Source: Paraspadella gotoi (taxonomy: Eukaryota > Animalia > Chaetognatha). From it: a stretch of 64,000 nt of DNA. The position numbers and the translations under genes were made by a program. The DNA is taken from the NCBI GenBank assembly GCA_051294375.1, contig JBJCIZ010000046.1, forward strand, positions 10,162-74,161. The letters run 5' to 3'. Below are positions 11,860 to 23,257 of the stretch, in pieces (the first letter of the stretch is position 1; every line of letters begins with the position of its first letter). The notes beneath the pieces were generated by a model, which was given only the letters and a program-made list of their open reading frames with translations, was not told the origin of the DNA and did no database searches.

Positions 11860-13670
11860 ACGATTTATTAGGAAATCGTGCCTCGCAAAGAGTTCAATTT
11901 GAGGAAGAAGAAAAATTACATGAAGAAATATCTCTAGACAAAACATTATTAGACTCCGCGCAAATGAGTTTAAAAGACCAATTTATGATGCTACAGAAAA
12001 GGGGGCTTGACGGAATTAGAAAAAAATTATTTCTCAAAAAAATCTGATTTATTTTTAACACCACCTTCGAAAATTAATTTTAAAGATCGTGATATTAATA
12101 ATTCTGAACATGAAATAGAAAATAGAATAAGGAATTACATTGCGATACGAAATGATAAAGCTGTAAACGGTTCTCAGTCACTAACATGCCCGTCTGGTCA
12201 TTGTTTAGTTCCAACTGGAGGATGGATCCGAAAGCTGTTTGGATGTGTGATGTATGTGATGACCGTAACAGGGCATATACTATGCGGTATAATTGTTCAT
12301 GTTGCGATTACGATGTTTGTTTTGAATGTTATAAGGCCATTGAGTTTAGATGGCTAGCTTGGGAGCTCCTCTCGCTTTGATCGCTCATGTTCCGGTTTTC
12401 GTCGATGCGGAGGAATGCTTGTGGCTCATGCATCAGGAGATCGTGCGGCGACGACAATTGGGGACGTGGGTGGGCGTGACCCAGAGGATCGCGAGGATGC
12501 AAGGGACAACGGCGGCGCGGCTGGGGCGGTGCAGGCGGCGCAGCTGGCGGCGACGATGATGACACGACGGCGAAATCGGTCTTGGATAAGGATGGTAAGA
12601 GATCGAGGTCACGGTCGTGATCAAAACCGTTCTCGTTCTTTCTCGCGAAAAAAATTACAGATCATTTCGTCTTAAAATGCTGGGGCAAATGAAAAAATAT
12701 AATGGTCCTCCAGAAGATTTTCGTCAATGGTTCGATTTTTTAAAATTAGCGGCGGATTATTTAGAGCTAGAAGAAGCAGATAAACGGATTTTTTTTATTA
12801 AATAATATGGAACTCAAGGTCTAAAATCGGCAGTATTAGATCAATTGCGTGAATACAATCATCTTTCATTTGAAGACGTCCGGCGTCAGGCTTGCCATTA
12901 TGTTTGGAGCCAAGTCACGTGACTTGGTAGTGTCTGAAGTCGAAAACATTGAACGGCATGAGGGAGAAGCGATCGAGTCATTTGCTATTAGAGTCAGGGA
13001 AGCTCTGACGGCGCGGTACCTCGCTCATGCTGATGGTGAAAAAATGATAAGTCTTCATTGTTTGAGGAAGATAATTTGCTCTATTTTACAAGGGTTTAAG
13101 AAGTCAATTTTTACGAAAGTTGTTTATTAAAAAGGAGCAAAAACGGTCCGGGAAGCCATCATTGCCAATCCGTAAAGAATGGCGCAAGTTTCCAGGATTG
13201 AATGAGGCAGAGAGATGACATCGCATGGAACAAGGAGAAGGGCCAAATCAAGAACACACACACTGGGAAATTCTTTGTTAATTCCATTGCCAAAACACTT
13301 TGAGTCTGGAGAACTTTGATGATCAGGGTCATGCATTTGTCACATGAGGATGTGGTCAATCAGGTCAACTCGCGGCCGCTATCAATTTCAAAGAAACCCT
13401 GGAAGGGTATCTGGGGGGTGTGGTAATTGTGGTAAAACATCTCATTTTAACAAAGATGATTGCCCTGCAAAGGGATGGTGTGTTGGGCTTGTAAAGGTGT
13501 TGGACACTTCGGAAAGTGGTGTCGAAAAGGAGTGACACCAGCACAAGTGGTAAGAAGTGAAAAAGTCTCGAGACAAAAGCTAAATGAGAGAAAAACGATC
13601 AATGCCATTAGTGATGGTGCAGTTCCGGTGGGATCATCTTCAGAAACGTCTGGATCCGAAACGATGTAAC
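11860..13670 (+). CDS. gag: Family A Gag (frameshifted): N-terminal ZZ-type finger, capsid-like core, two CCHC knuckles
   Basis: CPSGH.L...WMCDVC...RYNCSCCDYDVCFECY at 12183-12335; KYNGPPEDFRQWFDFLKLAADY and EAIESFAIRVRE core motifs; CGNCGKTSHFNKDDC and CWACKGVGHFGKWC at 13418-13525. Confidence 0.85.
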
Positions 13671-13779
13671 TTTAGATGAGAAGAAGTTCATTTAATAAAA
13701 GAAAAGATGGAAAATATAAAATAAAAAATAAAAATAAAAGAGTTAATGTAATACAAGAAGAGCAAGTGAATGCAGTTAG

Positions 13780-14170
13780 TAATTTACCATTTCTCCATGC
13801 TAATCTAATTGACCGGGATGGAAAAAGTTGTATGGCAAAAATTCTTGTTGATACCGGAGCTTCAGTGTCATTGGTGCATAAAGCCTTTTTAACCGTGGCA
13901 GATTGCTGTGCGATACCATTGATTATACTGCAGTGATTTCTGGCTTCGCAGGGCAGCCTGTGGCGACTAATCATAAAGTTTTATTAAAACTCGATTTGCC
14001 GGGATTGGGACAAACTAAAGATCTGGAATTTGTTCTATATCATGGCAAGTTGGGATATGATGCAATTCTTGGTTTTGATTCGCAAAAAATACTAGATTTT
14101 AGTATAATATATAAACCAAAATTAAGTTTTATTTGTGGAAAAATTAAATTACCTGTTAAATCATATAATG
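13780..14170 (+). CDS. Family A aspartic protease
   Basis: ILVDTGASVSLV catalytic motif and YDAILGFD. Confidence 0.9.
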
Positions 14171-14699
14171 ATAATATTGAACAAAATAACTCTGAACAAG
14201 AGATACATTTGGTGCAACCTGCAGAGCCAATGATGAAAGTCAAGTTAATAATGCTTTAAATAATAATAAATCATTAACTGAAATTACTTAGTAAAAAATG
14301 ATATATTTTTCCTACCAATTGGAATGTAGGAATTGCACAGTGGTATTATAAATTTAAATTATCAAAATCTTGGGTTCGAAAATGGGCTTAGATTGCAAAA
14401 TAATGAAATAAATTTTGTACCTAAAAACTTGAGATCAGAACAACTAAAAGCTATTCTTCATTTAAAATTTATTGGTAACAAAAATAATCGTTTATCAATA
14501 CCACTTGGGGCAAATCTTGGGAATTGACACCGGGAAGTGAAGAAGTGGTCTCGAAATTCATGTGAATATGTGGATGGTCTTGAGGTTCGCGAGAAACTTG
14601 AAGCCGAGCTGACACTGTGTATGTTTTTGCTAAAAAAACTATAGTGACGTCTCAGCAGTTGAACGAAGTGAAAGCGGCGCAGGAGAGAAGAAAAAATTG

Positions 14700-15630
14700 T
14701 GGACCCGTGATGAATTTGTGGACAAAACACAGTCCTGGCTAGCAAAAGTGCCGGAGAGGTTCCGTGACGACATTTTGGACATTATGATGGAATTTTCGAG
14801 GTATTTTTGCACGATATGGACGACCTTAAAGAGGGTGTTTTGGGATGGGAACTGGCTGCAAAGTTTCCGGGTGACTTGCACTGGGCTTCCAAGTACAAAG
14901 GCAGCAGTCCAACTGTCAGATTGTTGTGCAAGCGGAGCCAAGAAATCTTGGTGAGATGCGGAATCTTTGAACCTGCGGACAAGCCGGTCTTCGTACATCC
15001 ATTCACAGTGGTTCCCAAGAAAGCAAAACTTTTCCCTGCAACCATTGAAGCCGCACAAGAAATGAGCGAACCTGTTTTCCTTGGAGCTGTCCGACCAATC
15101 ACTGACTGCAGCTATCTAAATCGTTATACCAAAGATAGCATGGCCTCTGTTGTTCCTGTTCTCACGAATATGTCTCTAAACTTAAATGTGATGCTTTGAG
15201 ATCATTTGTAGATTTAACATCTCTTTTCATCAAATTAATGTTTCAGCAGAAATTGATTCACATGGCTTTTGCCTAGGGATTTATTTGGCATGCATTCTTA
15301 CCTAACTGGGTATCAATTTCTTCGGGCTTGCAAGGTCCTAATGGGTTTAGCAAATGGAAGTTTGTGTGGCAGGAGAGTATTTAAATCTATAGCTGATAAA
15401 GTAGGGGCTGTCCCTGTCAGCTGTTCTTTTGAAGATTCAAGAAAGCTATTCCTAGGGTTGATGCTGGTAAGTTTGTAGCTGAATTTAAAGACATAGGAGA
15501 GGATGTAGTTGAATCATTTATAGATGATGTATTCTTGCAAACATTAAGAGATTGTCATCTTATAAATTAAAAGAAAAAAGTTTTTATAAAAAGCCTAGTA
15601 AGATCAAGATGCTATTTACTATTTGCACTT
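14700..15630 (+). CDS. Family A reverse transcriptase, 5' part (frameshifted, interrupted)
   Basis: GIFEPA..FVHPFTVVPKK, RPITDCSYLN, SFVDLT.FHQ, LMGLANGS, ESFIDDVFL. Confidence 0.85.
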
Positions 15631-15632
15631 AA

Positions 15633-16904
15633 GGCCTGCGATCATTCAAACAAGAATTGCATAAAGTTTTTTTACAATCTGTTATTTATACCAAAGGAAG
15701 TGTATTCCCTTCACGTTTCAAAAAAAAAAACTCTAAATTTGATTAAGGTTCAACTTCAAGAGGCAACTAAAAATCGGGCAATTTTTTTTATCAGTAAACC
15801 TTTTAAATTTCATCCAACACGGTAAAGTCATTTTAAACGCAAAATTTTTTTATTTTTTTTTAATTAACAGCACCTACCTCAGTGTAATACTAACAACTAA
15901 AACCAAGTCATTCCAATTATGTTATAGAAATCAATTAATGATGAAAACATAAACGTTTATGTAGAGAGAGAGCAAAACGCTATATTAAGGTGTCTATTAT
16001 CATTTTATTACAAAAAAGAATGATTAAAATTGTAAAATTTAAAGACATTCATCCACTGGCATCTGAAGTAGGGTCCACTTTGATAACAACCCTCAATGGT
16101 GCCATAGATGCCACAGATTCCACAGACGGACCAGCCTCATGCTCTGCTTTTGAAATTTAGTTTCTGTTCCCCAGGTTCAAAACTGGTTCAAAACAAGACT
16201 GAGAAAAAAATAAATAAACACTTTGCAGCATTTCCTCCTGTTTACTGACTGCTTTTCCCCAGCCACAGCCATTTGTTAATAAAAAAAAATTGGACAAAAT
16301 TTGGAATAAAACTTTAAAGATCGGTAAAGCAATCATTTAAACTGGAAATGAAAATAGATTTTGGAAAAGCGTATCGATTTTAAAGTTCTTTGCTCGAACT
16401 TTCAGTTTTTGTAAAATCTACAGAAAAAAAAATTAAAAAATAAAATAAATAAACAAAAAGAATTGGAGCTAAAACTGTTTGAAATAAAAATAAATCTAAA
16501 ATATATTTTTATAAGTATGGAAAGGTGGAAAAAATTCTATGAGAGGGATTTCGAAAAATGTTACTAGTTTTCAAGATATTTAGAATTTAATGCCAAAATT
16601 TTCTTATTCTTTTTTTTTCTTATGAAGATAAGTGAATTTGAAAAAATCCCTCTCATAGAATTGGGACCCTTGTCCTCAAGTAAATTTATGTAAAATTTCA
16701 TGAAAATCCGCTTAGCCGTTTGGCCACAACTCTTCCAAAAGGTTTCTTTTATTTTATATAGTATTATAAATTCGAAAAAACAGCAATGGAATTCGAAGAG
16801 AAAGAAAAAAGGGAATACATTTTCAGAATCATCTGGACCTCTACTTTCCGAATATAAGCTTTTTTTTAATCCTAATTATAACTTTTGGCCAGTGATCCCA
16901 GGCC
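15633..16904. mobile_element. Non-autonomous TIR DNA transposon, Kolobok-like
   Basis: TTAA|GGCCTGCGATCA ... TGATCCCAGGCC|TTAA: 12-bp imperfect TIRs, GG/CC termini, TTAA on both sides; absent from the same RT site in copy A2b. Confidence 0.7.
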
Positions 16905-17236
16905 TTAAAGCGTTTTGATTGTAAAATTTTTTACTTTTTCGTCTCGACGACGTACCCTATAATGAAGAGATGAACGAAAGCGATACTCTAAAAGCGAATG
17001 AAAAAGATTCCATTTCATGACATACTAGAATCCCCGGAGACAAAACACGGAAACAAATTGGTTGTACAAGATCGAATTCATCGTCCACGGCGGCCGGAGT
17101 GGAAGAGGTAGATCGCCCATACCAAGATACAGAATGAGAGGAACACAAACAACTACAACGCGGAACAAAACGCCTATCAATGGGAACTTCAGGATATGTG
17201 TTGGGCCAAACACCGCCGCCGCACTCAAAATCCAAA

Positions 17237-17935
17237 GTAAAATTCATCTTATGCTTTAAGGAAACAGCTGATGTTGTTTGTATACCAGAAAAAAAGTTGC
17301 AGATACTTAAAGAATTTCCTAGACCGGATTCGGTTAGAAGTTTACAAAAATTTATAGGATTCTGTAATTTTTTTTCCTTGTTGTTAAGAAATTCTAAAGT
17401 TTTATTTGCTCCTTTATTAAGATTGTTAAGAAAAGATTCATCTTATAAATGGGAAGACGAGCATGAAAAGGCTTTTCAAGAAATCAAAAGAAGACTGTCG
17501 CAGCAACTGTTGGTTGGTTTTGTTAGGATGTTGGACAAGAGACACGAATCAGAACTTTTGTGTTATGTTGACTGGAGTAAAGATGCAGGAGCGGCTTCAG
17601 CTGTAGTTTATGTAAAAGATTATAAAACAAAAACCATCCAATTAGCTTATTTTTGGAGCCGTTTGCTTAGCGACACCTTTGTCAATAAACCACCTTATTT
17701 ATGTGAAGTGGCGGCAGTCACAATGTTCTTGCTCTCAAATAGGATGTTATTGCTAGGGAGTTTGATACATATTTACACTGATAATATGGTAGGGGCTTCA
17801 TTACTAAGACAAAGATTACGTGCGGTGGAGTTTACAACTTTACCTATTTTGCATCGCTTATTAATGTCTATTTCAATGATACCTTTTACTGTTAGTTATG
17901 TTAACACTGATTCAAACCCCAGCGATCTTACCTGA
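17237..17935 (+). CDS. Family A RT thumb/connection and RNase H
   Basis: FPRPDSVRSLQKFIGFCNFF, YKWEDEHEKAFQEIK, YVDWSKD, CEVAA, IYTDN, NPSDLT. Confidence 0.9.
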   Translation, partial: VKFILCFKETADVVCIPEKKLQILKEFPRPDSVRSLQKFIGFCNFFSLLLRNSKVLFAPLLRLLRKDSSYKWEDEHEKAFQEIKRRLSQQLLVGFVRMLDKRHESELLCYVDWSKDAGAASAVVYVKDYKTKTIQLAYFWSRLLSDTFVNKPPYLCEVAAVTMFLLSNRMLLLGSLIHIYTDNMVGASLLRQRLRAVEFTTLPILHRLLMSISMIPFTVSYVNTDSNPSDLT

Positions 17936-18929
17936 GCAGAATTAAAATCCAAGAATCTATGTCGGATGATGAGATACTGATCGTCCATTGAGTCCCGGGG
18001 ATTTAGACATAGTTGACAAGGAAATTACATCATTATCATCCACTGTTGAAGAATATTTCCGTTGTCATACTAAAAATGATGAAATGATGGTTAGTCAGGA
18101 GACAGAAGTGTGGGACAAAGCAGTATGCGAAAAAAGTATGAAGACTCACATTTTTTTTCCGCGGAAGATGAGTTGCAGCAATCATGATGTTGCTGGTTGC
18201 TGAGACTACAAACAGTTTGCCTGAAAAATTGAATGAAAAAAAGAATGGGATTAGCTGGGATGAAAATAATTTCTTGGTCTAAACATCCTAATGCGAAATA
18301 AAATTTGAGATTTAAATCATAAATTAAAATTTAAATGTTAAAATTATTTGAAGAATCCGTTGAGGATAAGTTAATTAATAATTATCACTATACTAGTAAC
18401 CATTCAGATCTTATTCATTATTTAATGGGCGGAACAAAAGTTAAATGAATTTAATGATAATTTTCAATATAAGACAAGGTTAGAATCCTTATTTGTATGT
18501 ACAAGGCCTGAGTTGGTGATGCATCTACTGTCAACTTCTGATGGAATGGTTGATGCTGATGTTCTTATCTCACGTCAATTGATGGCTTACCATTTCAAGA
18601 ATTAAATGTGATAACGGAAATTCTTAAAAACAAAAAGGGGATGGATACCGACGCTCCACCTCTCTTTGATTCTGTTGAAGAACTGCAGCGCTTTGTCGCA
18701 GAACTCGAACTGAGCCCAATGGTTGATGGAAAATTCAAGTACCTTAAAGAAGTGCAATCTAGAAATGACGGTTTCTCTACAATGATTCGTCTATTGCAAG
18801 GTGAACGGCCTGATGATCGGAAATCAAATTATCTAAAGCAGATGGACAAGCTTTTCTGGAATCTTGAGCAGAACAAGTCTCTTTTGTTTGATTAAAGAGG
18901 GTTGCTGTTTAAGTGAGATTTCCAAAAGG

Positions 18930-20316
18930 TGGGTGAAGTGATAAATTACCAAACTTGTGTTGCTGAAGGTGATGCCAGTGAGAAAAATTATCTCAATTCA
19001 CTCTCAAACCCACTTTGGGATTGCATTCACTTACACAATTTTTTTGTCGGGATTATTTTACCTTGGGAGCCTACAAAAAATATTATGATGCAGTGGTTGC
19101 TTGTCCATTGTGTGGCCAAATGAGATCAAAGCGAAAGATTGAAGAATTTTCCTGGAACACGCAGTTGACCTACAGTGCTTGGAACATTGACCATAAAGGA
19201 CCACTGAGTGGAGGTTCCGGATCTGCGCCCTATTACATTCTTTGTGCAGTGGAACAGAACATCCGTTGGTCGTTTTTCTGTGGCAAGAGACACCTCGGCT
19301 AGGACAACGGCAAAATTGTTGTTTGACAGAGTGTTGGCTTGCTACGGAGGTGCGACCGAGTTTGTTTCTGACAGAGGGGCTGGTTTTGTGTCGGAATTAT
19401 CAAATGGTTGTTCTTACTCGGTAGCCAGAGACACCGCGTGACGAGTAGCTATCGACCATGTGCAAATGTGGCTGAAAACTTTGCTGTTCGTAAGCTAAGT
19501 TCCTCAATGAAATTTCTTTTATTCAATAAAAATCCTTCAGAATTAAGAGAAAATTTATCTTTTTCAATTTATGTTAAATGGATCTTGCTTACATCCGTTA
19601 CGGGAATGACTCCTTTGAAGAGTTCTTTTTTCGTGACGCTTCTTATTTTCATCCTCTTTTAATTAAAAATAAAACGGTTTCAATAGATAAATTTCTAACG
19701 GATCGTTTGGAAAAAATGAGAAAAATTATTGCAACATTGCGCGAAAAATATGATATTTACTATTCTGAAAGAGTCCCTGCATTTTGTACAGTAAACTCAG
19801 AAAAACTTAAAATTGGTGAGAATGTTTGGGTTAAGATTTTCGCAGCGAAACGACATTTAAGATATCTTAAATCGGTTTTACCGAAATATCGTTTAGCTAA
19901 AATTACTAAAATAGTCTCACCAGTCAGTTTGATTCTCGAGGAGTTATCGACGGGAAGAACCATTTCACGACATATTGTTGATGTATTTAAACTGTCACCG
20001 ACATCTTCTTTTGTCAATGTTTATATTGATACTAAATCTGCACGAATCCGCGAGTTGGAAGATTTTGCGGGTGACAACGTTTTTCGTTCAAAAAATTTAA
20101 ATGAATTGGGCGACGATAAAGAAAAAGTTTAAGATGCTGGTTTGGAAAATGTAAGATTAAAATTAAATGGAGATTTCTCAGAAGTAAAAGCAGCTGATTC
20201 GGCTGCGTCGCAGCGTCGTGATGTTTCAACGGACGGAGCAAGGATCGGGAGAACAAAAGACGGGGCTCGTGATCGGTATGAGTTGAGGCCTCGAAAACAT
20301 GTTAATTATAAAATCT
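18930..20316 (+). CDS. Family A integrase (frameshifted)
   Basis: CPLC, WNIDHKGPL, FVSDRGAGF, SYRPCANVAE; C-terminus RYELRPRKHVNY typical of Gypsy integrase tails. Confidence 0.9.
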
Positions 20317-20526
20317 AAAATTTTCTTGTCTCGTTAATTCATTCATTCGTTCTTTCATCTATTGGTCAATCTCATCTCATCGTAATTTGGCTTGTTTGTT
20401 TTCAGTTGTTTGTTTTGTCCGCTAGCAAACTTTTAATATTTTTGTAAAATACCTAAACTTTTGCTGGGGGCCATGATAGTGGTTAATTGATTTGATTAGC
20501 AAATTATGTTTGATGACATAAAACGA

Positions 20527-20625
20527 AAATAAACATACTAACTAAATATGTATGTTTTGTAACATACAAACAAATAAACATGCTAACTAAATATGTATGT
20601 TTTGGAACATACAAACAAAAATAAA
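20527..20625. repeat. Short tandem duplication (about 45-50 bp) downstream of the antisense gene stop
   Basis: aaataaacatRctaactaaatatgtatgttttgKaacatacaaac occurs twice; also present in A3 and A2 copies. Confidence 0.7.
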
Positions 20626-20662
20626 CTATCTAAACTGGAAAAAAGAAAAAAAACACGCTACA

Positions 20663-22150
20663 TTAAGTGACATTGAGTTCGACGGCGTCGAGGAGATCGG
20701 CGATGACACGGACGACATCGGCGTCGGTTTGGTCGTCGTCGTAGTCGTCGTCGTTGTCGCAAGTTAGGCGACGAAAGTCGATGAGGATCGGGAGCCCGTC
20801 CCCATCGATGATATGGTGAAATTCATACTGAAAAATTAAAGACAAAAAATTTGTACTGAAAACTGAGAATTAAAATTTAATATTAAAATCGGAAAACTCT
20901 GAGACTTTGATATAGATTCACTTACGCTCGCAACGTCAGAAGTAGGCGAGGGCGGCATCAGTGGCGACGGCGGCGGCGAAGGCGTAGTGGAGCGGGACCA
21001 TCGTTGGTAATGGCTGCTGCTGCGATTGCTGCTTCTGCGGCTGTAGCGCCTCTTGCGGTCGAGGCGGCGTCTGAGACGGCGACGTAGGAATAGTTTGTAG
21101 ACTGGAATATTAATTGCGGTTATATAAATATATAAAAGGAATCAAAATTCTTACAGTATTGTATTTTAATAAAAGGAACAGAAAAACGGACTTTTTATTT
21201 AGAACTAACAGAATCGGAGCGTCATCATGATGATGATGACGACGATTGCCAGGGAGATGCCGGCCAGCGAGAATGACGCTGGAGCGACGACGGCAGCCAT
21301 AGTGGGCCTTGCTGCCCTGGTTGGCAGAATGGGCGTCGTTGTTATTTTTGTTGTTGTTGTTGTCGACGTGGCCCTGGTTGGCAGAAAAAACTTTGACGAC
21401 GTTATCGTCGTCGTCGTTGTAGTCGTCAACGTTTTCGTCACGGATGGAATCAATTTTGACACCGGGACATTTGTTGTCGTGGTTGTAGTTGTTGTCATTT
21501 CACTGATTGGAAAATCAATAATGAAGGCGTTAAAGTTAAGTAAACTGGTTGGTTGTAAACCATTTACTAAATATTGCCCGAAAATGAAAATGTGCGCTCT
21601 AGAAAATCGAAATTGAAGAGAGAAAAGGTATCGACCTTGATTGATTTTTTCCAGTGGTTGTCTCCACATTCGTCAAGTTGACAACGGACCCTGAGCTGGA
21701 TGATGGACCCTTTGGACGACGCGTTGGGAGGCGTACGGAGCCTTGCCTCGGCGTTGCCATGGTGCGCCCCCCACCGCTAAGGTGGTTGATGAGGCGGGCG
21801 TGGCCATTGGTGGGCGTCGTAAGATGTGACATTGGATAAGGAAGGCGAAATTTGGGTGAGACAGCGTCAGACATTGCACTTTAGTAAGGACCGCCTTGGT
21901 GTTCAGGCTCGGCCAACATCACTGTGCGCGATGAAAGTGCGTCGCCCGTACGAACCAGAGTTGCAAGTTGGATTGTGGACGGATTGAACTGAGTTGTGCG
22001 TGGTGTCACAAGGCAAAAGTCTAATGTAGTACTCTGGTACAAGGTGAGCCCTGGGAGCGAATTCACTTAGTGCTTGGCGTTTGCGGTCATTAGAAGCGGC
22101 GAAATCTCCGTGTGTACAATTTTAGATTTGGAATTTTGACGGAAAATATT
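20663..22150 (-). CDS. Spliced antisense accessory gene of family A: Thr-rich mucin stalk, TM helix, Arg/Ser/Pro-rich and acidic cytoplasmic tail; exons 20663-20827, 20926-21101, 21210-21502, 21636 to about 22150
   Basis: Introns 20828-20925 (GTAAGT..TTTTTCAG), 21102-21209 (GTTAGT..TTCCAG) and 21503-21635 (GTCGAT..AATCAG) join with matching phases 0, 1, 2 into one open frame; same splice sites in copy A3. Confidence 0.8.
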
Positions 22151-22703
22151 TTTTGTGGGAAAAAATATTGTTGCAATTTACAAAGTTTGATTATTATTGA
22201 AAAAAAAATATAAAATAATTATACTAGAAATTTGGTGAAAGAAGTTACTTACTTTTTGTGTTGGGCACCATTTTCGTCGTTGATCACTTGTGAGAGTGGA
22301 TCAGTTTGTGGCTTGGAGGAAAACCAAGTGAAGCCCGCTTTGCTAGTGACCTTAACTTACCTAACCTTTGTTTTCTTTAGCCGACGGTGGTCAGAGATTT
22401 CGTTCTGTGACGCGGTGAAAAATAAAAGTTGTCGACAAACATTGAAAAAATAAAAATAAATAAAAAACGAAATATTTCGTTGTTGGGTTTTTAAGCAGAG
22501 AGCGGTGATTTGAGGGGAACAAAAGCCTGGGGGCCAGGTTAGCTGAGTTCAGAACTATTGTTAAGTTGAGGGAGAAGAGCCCGTCTGTGGATAAGTAATG
22601 AAATTTAGTTAGTTTCCTAAGTTGTTCTGAAACGATGAGTGTTGTTAGTGAAACAATAGCATCGTGTACGATTTTAGGATAGAACGTTTTGTTTTTTTCA
22701 CAG

Positions 22704-23257
22704 ATCGTCAGTACATAGTCATGTTAGCGTCGCTATGGGCGTTGGCGTGGCACGAATCCGTCATCTTCCTGGACGGGTTGCCGTGGGATCGCGACCAGGG
22801 CCAATCCTTGGTGTAGATGGCACTGATGGTTTCTGATTGCAATTAATTTATTACCTTCCTTTTATCTGATTATATTGTACATTATAAAAATGGCGGGGAC
22901 AATGATGGGGCTGCCTGCATGTCGAGGTTAGAAAAGGGACTGAACAGCACATTTCTGACTTAATAGTGAGCTTCTACAGTACAGTAATGAATTGATAGAG
23001 ACACGTTATTACCTGAAAAATTTTGACAAATTGGAAAAGAGAGCTATATCGCGGGAGTTTTGCGCTTCTTTTGGGGATTGCAAATGCTTTTGCCACGGGT
23101 ATTCATGTGGTTAATTCTAACATTCAATATAACACTTGAACATAGGCTAAATTTAATTGGCAACTTTGTTGAAAAGTTTTTTTCAAATCAGGTTCAACTG
23201 AATGAAAATATAAACTTCTTGTCAGACAGGACATGTTTGGGGTGCATGTGAATCTTA
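22704..23257 (+). pseudogene. env: Family A env, 5' part, truncated
   Basis: Near-identical to 47861-48428; breaks off at gaatcTTAAg. Confidence 0.8.

Larger units (their letters stand above)
11840..23257 (+). mobile_element. Gypsy family A copy A1 (gag-pro-RT-RH-INT, antisense gene, truncated env; no LTRs visible)
   Basis: Domain order Gag, protease, RT, RNase H, integrase is Ty3/Gypsy; the 3' half matches copy A3 at 45141-48428. Confidence 0.95.

Noticed and set aside
21227-21616. Plus-strand Val-rich ORF (also 46385-46765) as a membrane protein
   Set aside because: It is the mirror frame of the Thr-codon tract; the minus-strand frame has splice-phase and topology support.
20470-22835. 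Idea that the antisense cassette is inserted inside env, flanked by a tggtt/gatggtt duplication (GHD..W + FLIAINL)
   Set aside because: Env has its own strong acceptor and hydrophobic leader at 22704/47861 that reads in frame into FLIAINL in copy A3, and the left-hand sequence differs among copies; kept only as a weaker alternative.
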